64,000 bases of DNA from Camelus ferus (Eukaryota): contig NC_045696.1 in NCBI RefSeq assembly GCF_009834535.1, forward strand, positions 52,888,001-52,952,000, in the 5' to 3' direction. The position numbers and the translations under genes are program-made. The notes below the pieces were generated by a model that worked only from the letters and a program-made list of their open reading frames with translations, ran no database searches and was not told the DNA's origin. Positions within the stretch are counted from its first letter, which is position 1. The number at the start of each line of letters is the position of its first letter. Shown here in pieces: positions 25,760-37,480 of this stretch.

Positions 25760-27696
25760 TAAATTGCCTTTCTGTATGTTCTGTAGGAAACGTTACAAAA
25801 GTGTAGTCTTAAAAAGAAGCCATCATAATATATATAACCCAAAAAAAGTAGGGATAAAAGTATTAGATATATATCAGCAGTTAATTAATAAAGTGATGAT
25901 ATTCTCTTGTTTTTTTATGTTTATAGTATATACCAGTTTTTATAGTTTATAATTTATAGTAACATCTATTTCTACTTTAAATAAAAATTGATTTTTATAT
26001 CCAAATTGTATTATTTTTTTCAAGAGACCTCCCAAACGATGAAAGTTTCAGGCCCCATCAAACCCATGGCTGGGAACCACCATGCATATTCCACAGTTGT
26101 GTGCCCCAATTGCAGGGCTGTCTCCTGCCAGGCAGGTTATCATTGCTTCAAACCCCCTTCCTCCTTCTAACTCCTCTATGTTGTAGGTCAGTCAGGCCTT
26201 CTTTTCTCCTTTCTGACTTTCACTTTCTTCTTTTGTTCTTTCTTACTCTTATTTATATAGTCCCAATATGCACTACAATCTGCATTAAAGAAGTATGCAT
26301 GAATACCTCTTAATCGCACCAGTCCTTGCCCAAGAATTTAGACATCTCTCTTCTAGTGCAATTGGACAACGGTCTGTGATGTAGGGCAATCATATCCAGA
26401 TCTCTGATTTATCTAGCTGAGTCCTAACATTTTCCTCACTACCTACAACTCATTGCCTCTGGCCACTGTCTATACCCTAACCCCCTTCTGTATTTAGACT
26501 TTGCTCCTACTTACATGCAGCATCTAAGAGCAAGGGTGATAAGCTGGGAAATACAGTATGTGCTAAACATACATGAGCTCGTCCAAGACCCTCGGTACCC
26601 TCTGGATGAAGGAATATTCTCACATTGAAATGCTATGTGAGTAACGAGAGAATAAGCTCATTCTGAGCTTTCTATGTTTATGCTGGAATTTGGGAAGACG
26701 GATAACACAATAAAGTAAAAAGTAAGGGGCTTCTTTGACAGACCATCTTATTTAAAACTACCATCTTCTGGGTTAGGACCACTAACTCAGCATTCAGATT
26801 TAATTCACTGTTCATGAAAAATGAAAACCACTGAAACACATTTTTCCCCCCACAAGGAATTCAGAAAAAAGTCTCAAGTCACTGAAAGAAGGATTAATTT
26901 GCCTGTAATGAAACTGACACGCAGGAAAAATTTAAAATCAATCTTGTGCTTAAAAGCAGAACAACACTGATGGTGTCTCCATATTTTCTCCCTCTTCCCA
27001 CTGCTAGCTTGATACCAGTGAACACAAATTATGCATATTACCCACAAATCTTTCCTCTATTTAAATTAAAAAAGGAAACACCATGTTTTTAATCAATCTA
27101 TTTGCACTTGGCTGTCAAAACTCACAAAGACACTTTGATTTCCTTTCATTATTCTTAAGAGAACCAAATACAGATGAATAAAAAAGAATGAAAAGGAGGG
27201 CAAATTAAGGGTTAATGCACCTTGCTAAATTCAGAAAAATGTAAAAAAAAAAAAAAAAGAAAGGAGAACTGTGTTTATTCATGGCCTTGAAAAATCTGTG
27301 CTATGCTTTTTCCCAGTGACAATTACCAGAATCATCAGGTATAAATACAGGCTTTTGTTCTTTAACTATCAGGTTTTTCTTCTATGGCTTTTTTTTTCCT
27401 GTTTCATAAGCCGCAGCTCTTGACATCAAAACAGTCCAATCCCTTGACTGTGAATTACAGGGTCCTAGTGGCTGGGTAAGACCATCCCTAAGGACTTCAG
27501 GGATGTATCATTTTGATCTTGTTTGTCAAAGATCTTCTACCAACAGTCAAGAGACCAAATGCTCATCAAACGACAAGAAAGGTAGAGTGAGATGACTCCT
27601 AGAAAGTTCCGGGTCCTGGGAGCAAGGCATCTATGCAGGAACAGCAGAAATTCCATTGGTTACACAAACTGGCTGGTTATTAGAACTTCCTGAGTA

Positions 27697-27780
27697 CAGT
27701 TTCCAGATTTAGCAAACAAAAATACAGGATGTGCAGCTAAATTTGAATTTTAGATAAATAACAAATCACTTTTTCATATA
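27697..27780. mobile_element. MER53-like DNA transposon fragment
   Basis: CCAGATTTAGCAAACAAAAATACAGGATGTGCAGCTAAATTTGAATTTTAGATAAATAAC matches the recalled MER53 arm. Confidence 0.7.
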
Positions 27781-30369
27781 ACCACCTTTTCTGGAAGTGC
27801 ATCAAGGGGTGATACGTTTCTTTGACTGGATCTCTGGAATGTGGGAGGAGCAGGTGGATGGAAGTAGCATGAGAAAGGATGCGTGTGTTTAATCCATAAT
27901 AAGGACATATGACACACTTGTAATTCCCTTTCAGTATCTTTACTCCTGGCAGAATAAAAATCTATCTGTAAGGCCATATTTATCCAAGACTCTTTGGAAA
28001 CGATTCCTTCCAGACAGCCAAGTTTTTTGTTTGTTTGTTTCCTAATAGCTAGGGAGTGCCATCTTTAAGCAGTAAGATATTTTACATTTTAACTTCTTTG
28101 GATGGAAATCTTTCTTAAATGTGTCACACATCTATTCATGCCATTTTAAACAGAAAATATTGCTACTAATTCAACTTTTTTTCTTGAAGATCTAGGGTTA
28201 TAACTATGAGCATCTATTATTGTAATAGATTTTGATATCTTTAAAATTCATTGAAGGATCTGTTGGACTGTTTGCCCTTTCACTAAATGTCTTTATTCTG
28301 CTCTGAGTTTTAAATTTTTCACATCTGCTTTTGTTGTTTTTCTGTCTTCTGGTCAGGCTATTAACTATTATCCTTCCTCTTTTCTAATTTTCCCAAAATT
28401 CTTTCTCCCTTTAATTTATTCCTCCTTAACTCCTAAGGTTTAAAAAAGACAGCAAAGCATTAAATTCAGTTCTTAGCACTGTATGATATTTAAAAGAGTC
28501 CCATATTAAGGTCCTAGTGGGGTCTCCTGTGAAGAAGGTGCATTAACAGCTTAAAAAATGACTATAAGCTATCAAAATAGTTGCTACATAGATACTCTAC
28601 TCAAATTGATGGCTAGCTAGTACCAGGGAGATATAGTTCTAAGGTGGGTACTTACCTATCCTAGGTAGGTAAGTAAGATGTAATATACTGCCTCTGGACA
28701 TACATGGTAGTGTTTGAGTTAAAAATTGTCGTGGTAGAAAGGAGTGTAGAAAAAGATGGGACCAGTAGCTGTAAGGCAGGTGATCCTGGGTCCAGGAGAC
28801 AGTAGACACAGAGACAGTGTATAGAGAAATCATCTGGTCTGCCATTCCCAACCTTATATGATGTTTGACCATTCATGTATCATCTGGTGCCTTGGTTTCT
28901 TCATTTGTAAAATGATGCTGATAATTAATTCCACCTTTAGGAAGAGAGGAATACTCCTGCTGCTGTCATCATTCTAAGCTCATCATAAAGGAAGCAGTGT
29001 CTACTATTTTCCCATGTGATACACACCTCATTGGCCTCAATGGAAGGACTTTCTAATCTAATGGAACACAACCTCAGTTCGTTATGGTCATGATTTAAAG
29101 GTGCATCGTTTCCTTGCCCTGAAGGTGGTTTTCTGGTCTGCCTGGCACTTTCGTGCTCATGCAGGGGGGGCTCTTGCATTCCCTGGAAACAGATGCTGAG
29201 CAAGGCCTGCCATTTGGCTTTGGACCTCCATGTCTGCTTCTATGCCCATTCCTTTCCTGTGCCACTGGTCAGGTAAATGCAGACCTAGACTTTTAGATGT
29301 GGTGGGTAGAGTGGGAAGGGAATAATTAAGAAGTCCTACTTATGACTCTAAGTTTAAGCTTCCCACTGGTGCCTCTTACCTGCGAACCCTGAACTGCACA
29401 GGGTTGGGCTACAGTGTGTGTAGGGGAAAGAAGGGGTGTCAGAGGGGTATTCCTCAGATGCTTGTCCAGCTACATATAAAGCCACTGATTTGTCTTCTTA
29501 TTTGTTCAGTGTTACTGTTGCACATAATTTTCTCTATGGCATACTTGGGGAAGGGAGGGCAGAGCAGCACAAATCTAACCCAAGCCCTAGGGATTATGGT
29601 GATTACATGATATAAAAGCTTGACACACAGTATGCCCTGGGTAAGAGGGGAGGGACTGAGCAGAGAAGGATAAAATGGTAAAAATGGTAAATCATAGTGT
29701 TCTACCTAATAGGGAGGCTGTGAGGAATAACTAATGAATGATTGTAAAGCCTTCTGGAAAGATAAAGTCTATAGAAATGCAAAATAATTATATCAGGGAA
29801 GTAGAGATGTCAGTTGAATATAAAAGAGACAGCTTTTATTCCCATACAGATATCTTGGTCACCATCAGCAGCAGTGGAGAAGAAAACAGGGAGAAGAGAA
29901 TGTGACAGTTTAATAGTGTTTTGTTAAAAATAGGACACATTTTATGAGTGTCTGGACTTTCTTTAAAATGAAAAGATGAGACCTGACTCACTGCTTGCTG
30001 GAATAGGTTCAGAAGTGCCTCCGGCAAAAATCACTGGGCTTTCCCACCTCTGATTTCTTACATTAATTAAATTGGGAAGGCATATTTGGTTTATGAGAGG
30101 AGCGATGTCAGGAAGCCATGCTGGTAGGCAAAGTATCACTTCATGTGGGAGCAGTTTGTGAGTGTCTGCCTCTGAGCAGCACAGCCTTCCACCCTAGATC
30201 CAAATCTCACTCCAGATCCAAATCTCTGGCACATCAAATTCCTCCTAAGGATGTCCTAAGGGTTTAGATAAGCTCAAGGAAGACCACTGGCTTAAGGACT
30301 TACATTCAGGAACCTGGGATGAGGGGGAGCTCTTGGCTCTATCTATGAGTGTTTAGAGTTGTTCTGAGG

Positions 30370-31174
30370 CAGCATTGCCTCAAATTTTGAATGATGATAA
30401 CTGCCATGCAAAAAATAATTTCTATGGCAAAGTCACTTTGGGAAACACTGGATTAAAAAAAATACAACACCATCAACAGATGATTGGATAAAGAAGTTGT
30501 GGTGTATATATATAATGGAATACTACTCAGCCATAAGAAAGAATGAAATAATGCCATTTACAGCAACATGGATGGACCAGAGATTATCATACTAAGTGCA
30601 ATAAGCCAGAAAGAGAAAGACAAATATCATATGATATCACTTATATGTGGAACCTAAAAAATGACAAATGACACAAATGAACTTATTTACAAAACAGAAA
30701 CAGACTCAGACATAGAAAACAAACTTATGGTTACCAGGGAGTAAAGGGCAGGGGAGGGATAAATTGAGTCTGGGATTTACAGATACAAACTACTATACAC
30801 AAAATGGGTAAATAACAAGGTCATACTGTATAGCACAAGAAACCATGTTCAATTTCTTGTAGTAACTTATAGTTAAAAAGAATATGAAAAATATATATGT
30901 ATGTGTGTGTGTAATTGAATCACTAGGCTGTACACGAGAGACTGAAACTTTGTAAATCAACTATCTTCAATAAAAAAATCTCAGTAAGATATCAAAAAAG
31001 GAAAAAAACAGCTTATTTTTAACTCCAAGAGGTTCTAAAACATTTAATATGTTAGCATGTATTGTGAATTTCCAAAAGATAAAGGCAGTATGTTCCCCAA
31101 ATTTATTTGACCATGGAACTGTCTCCCAGAGTGTTTAGCAGGGCAAGACATGGGGCACACTTTGGGAAATACTG
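30370..31174. mobile_element. hAT-Charlie-type MITE interrupted by an L1 fragment
   Basis: Termini CAGCATTGCCTCAAA and TTTGGGAAATACTG, internal TTTGGGAAACACTG; flanking 8-mers TTCTGAGG and TTCTGGGA fit a decayed hAT TSD. Confidence 0.6.
30470..31000 (+). mobile_element. 5'-truncated cetartiodactyl-type L1 (ORF2 C-terminus and 3'UTR)
   Basis: CATCAACAGATGATTGGATAAAGAAG...GGAATACTACTCAGCCATAA...GCAACATGGATGGACC...TCAATAAAAAAA. Confidence 0.92.
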
Positions 31175-33824
31175 TTCTGGGACCACTTACAGGTTTTTCT
31201 TTCTGGCTTAGGCTTCCTCAGGATTTTCTAGAGAGCTGAATTCCCTGAAGAGCCAACAAAGTGAACTTGAGGATTCCGTTTCAGTCTGAACAAGCTATTT
31301 AGGTTGCATCTCAGACCAGTTTAGGACCAATATATGATTCTCTAAATTTGTCCTGGAGCCTGCAGTTTGCTGTATACATTTAGGTACTCAAAAGGAAGTT
31401 CTTTGAGCTTAACAAGGTGTAATTAGATTGAGACCGACATCGTGATTAGCCAATGGTCCAATCTCCCTCGCTATGCCTGAATCAGGCAGGCCTCACTTAG
31501 AAGAAAGCTCAAGACATGGGGAACATGACACTTTCTTATCGGAAGACTGTGAGAAATCTGCAGTGGTGACCACCCCACTAAATAGCCACAAAGGGAACTC
31601 AAGCGGGGCAAGAGAGGAACTAGTGTGTGTGAAGTTCCCTTGGCCACTATGAGCGCACTTTGATTGTGGGCTAGAGACCAAGGAGGAGTCGGGAAATGAT
31701 CATTTGAAGCCATACATCAACATGTAAAGCCATGGGCATCTCAGATGGCACTGTGGTATAAATATTGACAAATTAGTTCCATATCTAGAACTCAAAGGAG
31801 AGAACTGTGCTGAAATCATGGAGGAGGATAAAAGAAGCCTCATTTGAATATGTTAAACACACATGCACACAACTAAGGCGGCCAGTCTGAAGCAGAGGCA
31901 GATGTATTCAGGGAATAAAGAATAACATTTTTAGCTAGCTCGGCTTCCTTTCAAACAGTCTTTCTCAACAGTGAGAGCTTTCTGAGAAATGCATTTATAT
32001 AGGTACAAAGCATGTGTCTCTGTGACAGCAGGAGTCTTTATTTGCATCAGATTTACTTTAACACCTGTTTGTTTCAGAGGGCACAGCCTTCCTCGGAAAC
32101 ACTCCAGAAGAGGAATTACATAAGGGAAGGATGCCTTACTTTGGAAAGAAGAGGCAGAGCAGGGCATTCACAGTTCCTATTAATCACTGAGTCTACTTTT
32201 CTTGGTGAATATGAGAAAGGTACTTTTAGAAAATTATTATTAGGAGAGCTGTGATTACGCTTGTGGGCATACTGCCTGATGCCTATTTTTAAACCATGTC
32301 CTTGGAACACAATGCGTATTCAATAAAAGGTGTAGAGTGAACTATTTCAACAACTCAATCCTGCACATCCACTAAATCTTATTTGTCAAATTGCCATGAA
32401 ATCTAAATGTGATGCTGTTTTATTCTGTTGATTAGAATGATTTGGTATCTATCTCTATACATAGTCCAAACAACTTTGCACAGTCAGCAACAATCTAGAC
32501 TTTTAAACATCCGAGAAGGGGACATGGCATCTGGCTCTGCTTTAAATTGTGCTTACTATTGACGACACAATTCCCTAAAAATGGCACTGCAGTCTATATT
32601 TATTCACATCTAATTTATTTCAGAGGGACAGACCCAGTTTCCAAACTGAAAGATGGTCTTCCTGATGACCATTAGGAATGTCCTGCTTTCTTAAGATGTG
32701 AAAGACAGAAAGATGATGAAGGACCGCTATATATTACAATCTTTTATCTCCTCACAGTGGTGCTCTAAGCATGATAAATAATTTGGATGTAGAATTACGC
32801 TTATTTACCCTTAGGATATCAGTTTCATTACTAGTCTTCCCTAAACTGAACAGGTGAGAGAATTTCAGTGTGGGTTGTAGCCTTAGAGATGATTACTTTT
32901 TAAACCTAAATGCTACAGATGTGAAAGCTAAAGCAGGAGGAGCTTCATCTAAGCTCAAATTGTTATTTGATATCAGGAGAGCATTTCCCACAAATTCTGA
33001 CCCTAAGTCTCAAAGACCAGGGATTTGAGGATCACCGACATGTGCTAATTTTCTGCATGGTGATAGGACGGAAGGATAAAAGAGCAGGTATACAACCGAA
33101 AGGAGAGAAGTTGGCTGCCCCATTGATTCGATTCCTGTTTTTTGTTTGTTTGTTTGTTTGTTTTCAGTATCAAGGGAAAAGTTGAAAGTAAAATAACAAT
33201 GGTGAACTAGGGAAAAACGTTATTCTCTTATTAGGTGCTTCCTGGGCCCACGGCACTAATACAGTGGATTCTGCATCAAGGTAAAAACAGCTGATTTTGG
33301 CTTATGGCTATAGATCTTGGAGTCAAAAATGTCTAGTCTAGTATAAACTATTGTCTTATTTATTTGGAGGAATTCTTCACTGAGAATTTTATCTCCTGCT
33401 TTCCCGATTCTGAGAAGGCAAAAATTTCTGTGTCTCCCACCCACGTATATTCTCCCCACCCTCCTTGTGGTCAACTTTGCCCTAGTCATGAGTAGCAGGC
33501 TCCTCTTTAAACACTTAGCAAGAGAAGCTAGAGCAGCAGGAACACATTTATGGACCACTGTTAGCTTCTCTGGACAAGCCTTTGGAGCTTCTGCTACAAG
33601 AAACATTCCGGGTCTGAGTCTGGGATTAAACTGTCAGCGATGGCAGCCAACAGCAACTTACATAATCACTGTCTTTTGCCAATTTAGCAGCAAAATACTA
33701 GATAGAAAGGCATGTGAAGAAGGCATATGTATAATAATAATACATTTTTATAGGTTTCAAAGGGTGTCCTTGGCTGCCTTCTCTTCTCATCCTCCTTACT
33801 TTACTTGGGCTGCAATTACCTCCT

Positions 33825-35740
33825 CCCAAAATAGTGTTTCAAGGCCAGGCCTCTCTGCTGAGCTACAGATAACATATTTTCAACTATTTTCTACACATAT
33901 TAACCTGGATGTCGCACTAACATTCCAAAAGCAACATGCCAAAACTCAACGTTTTCGTCCTATTGGCACAAGCCAGTTATCCCCCTGTATTTCCTATCTC
34001 AATGTACTGCGTCTAAATCCACTCAATAACCTAAGTCAGAATATTGTTAAATCATCCTACATCTTCAATTTCCATAATATCAACATCCAATTAATTATTA
34101 AATAAAATCTTCTAAATATAGTTATAATACATCTTTTCTCTATCATCATGGTCTTACAGCAACTAAAATTAATTTCTAGCAGATAACAGAACATCATACC
34201 TAACAAGTGGAGAATACAAATTCTCCTAAATACAAATGGATCACTTACAGAAACTGGCCACGTTCAGGAATAAAAAAGCAAATCTTAATAAACAGGACTG
34301 TTGTTTACAGATCACAGTCTCTTGTCAAAATGCAATTAAAATTATAAATTAGCGACAAAATTTAACTAGGAAAAAGTTTTCCATTTAGAAATTCTACATA
34401 ACTCAAGGGAACAGTATGCATCATAATAAAATAACAATGAACAATAATAAAAATACAACAAACCAACTCCTCTGGGCTTCAGTTAAAACAGTTCTTAGCA
34501 GGTGATCTATAACATTAAGTGCTTATGTTATAAAGAAATAGATGTTGAAGATTAAGGCGCTCAGCATGTCCTTTTAGAAGTTATGAAAAGAACAACATAA
34601 AAAACTCATAGCAAGTAGGAAGAAAATGATAATATATATAAGACCCTAAACTATTGTAAAATGGAGCAATAGGAAATAAATAACAGAAAAGGTCAATAAA
34701 ACTATAAGTTCGTTCTTTAAAAAAAATAAAAATTATCAAGTCTCTGTCAAGAATGGTCAAAAAAGAAAAAGAAAAAGAGAAAAGAAGAAAATACTAGGAA
34801 TAAAAAATTAAAAAGACTATAGGTGCTAGTCAAAAATTGAATTTTCATTATAGATGAAAAAGATGAGGGATTAAACATTTTCAGGATTATTTACTGGGAA
34901 ATTAGAAAAATTTGTATTAAGTGATTTTTAAAAATTTAGATGAAAATGTCAAATTTCTAAAACAATATGACTTACCAAAATTTATTCAAGAAAGAAAAAA
35001 AACTATTTGCAGTTTTACAATCATTTTAGAAATTTATCTGATTCAAATCTTCCTACAAAGAAAATACCATGCTCAGATAAAACTATACAAAAAATTAGAA
35101 AAACAATCTAAATTTATCATACTACTTCTATATTCACAAACACAGGAAATGCTTTATAATTCACTTTATTAGACTATAAAAATCTGAAATTTAAATTTCC
35201 TAATCTGTGTCCCAGTATACTCTCTCACTTTTCCCAGATCTGTGCTTCATTCTCAGCATGATTTTTCTAAAATGCATATCCAATCATGCCAAACCTTTGG
35301 GGATACTCTTTAAGCAGTTTCTCATTACCACCAGGATAAACCATCAAAGCTCCTTCCTCTGGTATCCTGCTTCCTCATTCATCTCTTACCTGCCTTTCCA
35401 ACTTCATCATTTAACACTCCACATGCATTTTTATTGCACTCTTCCAAAGATGTCATGTTTCTGCACTTCTCTGCTTCTTCACTTAGACAATTAGTTCACA
35501 TTCTTGTCTTGCAAAACTAGATTTAGTGGTCCCTCCTTTGCACCCCCAGAACAGTTCTGCATGTCTTCTTCACAGCATCTATCCCACCACATTGAACTCT
35601 GCTTTTGATAGTAGTTTGTCTCTTTCATGATAATGTGAATTCTTTGAGGGAATTTATTTATGAGAATTCAGCGCTCAGCATAAGACTGGCACATGGTGGG
35701 TACATACTATATACAGTTCAGGAATATCGTGGATGAAATG
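33825..35740 (+). mobile_element. L2 LINE relic split by an old L1 fragment
   Basis: CCTCTCTGCTGAGCTACAGA...CCTGGATGTC...CAACATGCCAAAACTCAAC upstream; GATTTTTCTAAAATGCATATC...CTGGCACATGGTGGGTAC downstream. Confidence 0.65.
34160..35185 (+). mobile_element. Old L1 ORF2 fragment (end of endonuclease domain onward), heavily decayed
   Basis: A-rich; GAATACAAATTCT...AAGCAAATCTTAATAAA...AATGCAATTAAAATT...AAAATTTAGATGAAAATGTCAAATTTCTA...ACTTACCAAAA in L1 ORF2 order. Confidence 0.75.
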
Positions 35741-37259
35741 CTTTTCTGTATAGCCTGTTCTGTAATTTAATTAAGTAGACTCTTATTTCTATGGGGAAGT
35801 GCATTCCAGGGTACAAAGAACAACCAAAAATGCACTTTTGGAATACAACCCATTTACAGGTTGGGATCTACCTCTATTAGCTATGAAAAGTTTCTCAAAA
35901 GTTTAGGACATGGGGAGATAATAAAAGCATCGCCTTCCTCTCCTAGGTACTTCAAGAGACACAAGTTACGGTTGCTTTAATATGAGATACTGATGATATT
36001 GGGAAGCATTCTTTAGTGCACAGACACATGGCATCCTGGAAAAAAATCAATGTTTTACTTTACTCCCTGCTGGGTTTCATTTCACAATACAGAGCTATCA
36101 ATACAAGCCTCCAAAATATACCTGTTCGGTTTTTCATCTGTGAACCACATTACACTGATTTCAATTAAATTCCAAAATAGATACTCCAGAGTCCTCCCTA
36201 GAATTTTTAATATTTGGCCTTTAATATAAGCTGATCCTTTGCTATTGAGTCAGTAACACAAAACCAGGAAAAGGCTTTGAGAGTTATTAAACTCCCAGGC
36301 TGTGCAGTTGTATAGGACATACTTGAGGACACACGCTGTAGAAAATACAGCCCTACATAGGGAAGTCACATATTTACAAGACATCAAAGGCCTGGCATGA
36401 GAACCGAGCAGAAGATGCCGAGATGCTCATCCCCCTCAGCTGCACTGGCACTTGCAGATCCCAGCGAAAGAGAAAGCTTCATCGTGGCTGCCCCTCAGAG
36501 CATCTCTCATTCTAGGGTGTCAGCAAGTCAAGAGCCTATAGAATATTTGTGAGGGGCCTCTGGGAGTGAGAAAATACTGGGCATTCCTATTTTGCAAAAT
36601 GCTAGGGGTGGGGTGGTGAGATGAGGTCAGTGAGAGCCAGAATTCCCAGGTTGTGAGGCTACGGCAGAATTGGAAATAGCAAACACAACTTTTGGCATTC
36701 AGTCTGTTCATCTGACCACTGGACCCTGGAAACAGGTGCTGGAAACTTATGGAAAGCAATTAGAGCTCCCATCCAGAATACAGGCTTTTGCCAATGTCAA
36801 AAAGAAGAAAGAGCTGATGAGTTACCAGTCCAGGGAATTTTACTCTGTGACTCTTGCCTTCGGTCTTGTGCCAGAAATGCATTCAGTGATGGAGTTCCGC
36901 CATTTAGAACATGTGTCACTTTGTCTTTGGGAGAGTGGAGGTAACCAGGTGAAGTTACTTTTATTTATTCCATTTCATCTATCTGAGACCAGCGTTAATT
37001 AAGCACGGTACTGAGATTACACTTGATTTCCCCTCAGTTTTCTTTTATAGTTTTTTTTTAAATTTTTTTTATCGAAGTCTTGGGGAAGATAATATTGCTC
37101 TGGAGAACAAATGACTTAAATGAATCAGATGTTATCTGGGTGGAGGAATTGCTATGAGATCAACTTTATTATTAGCTGTTATCATAGTTACTGCAACATG
37201 TAGCCATCAGCAGAGTAAACCAAACAATAAGCAGTTTACAGCTCTGGAATCCAAAGAGG

Positions 37260-37480
37260 GAGGAGCATGGAAAAGCAGGACCTTCACTTTGGAATCCCAT
37301 TTCTTTCTTCTACTGGCTGCATATCCAGGAGTAATTTCACTTCAAACATTAAATCCTTAATTTATTCATCTGTAAAGAAAAGCTAATAGCTTTGTTTGTT
37401 GACGGTTTTAAATAAATTACTGTGTATAAAGAGTTTGGCACAGTTTTTGGCACATAGCAGGTGCTTGTTGCATGTTAAGT
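37260..37480 (+). mobile_element. MIR SINE relic
   Basis: TTCATCTGTAAA core and tail GCACAGTTTTTGGCACATAGCAGGTGCT. Confidence 0.7.

Larger units (their letters stand above)
23780..26075 (+). mobile_element. hAT-Tip100 DNA transposon relic (Zaphod-like), interrupted by two L1 fragments
   Basis: ~25335-25390 translates PQLTTFLNTCMILPITA, like the hAT C-terminal dimerisation motif FPNL..IL.IY.TLP.TS; 3' end AAAGTTTCAGGCCCCATCAAACC. Confidence 0.6.

Noticed and set aside
33467..34105. Longest ORF (212 aa) as a protein-coding gene
   Set aside because: Non-ATG start, no recognisable domain, and its 3' half overlaps a decayed L2.
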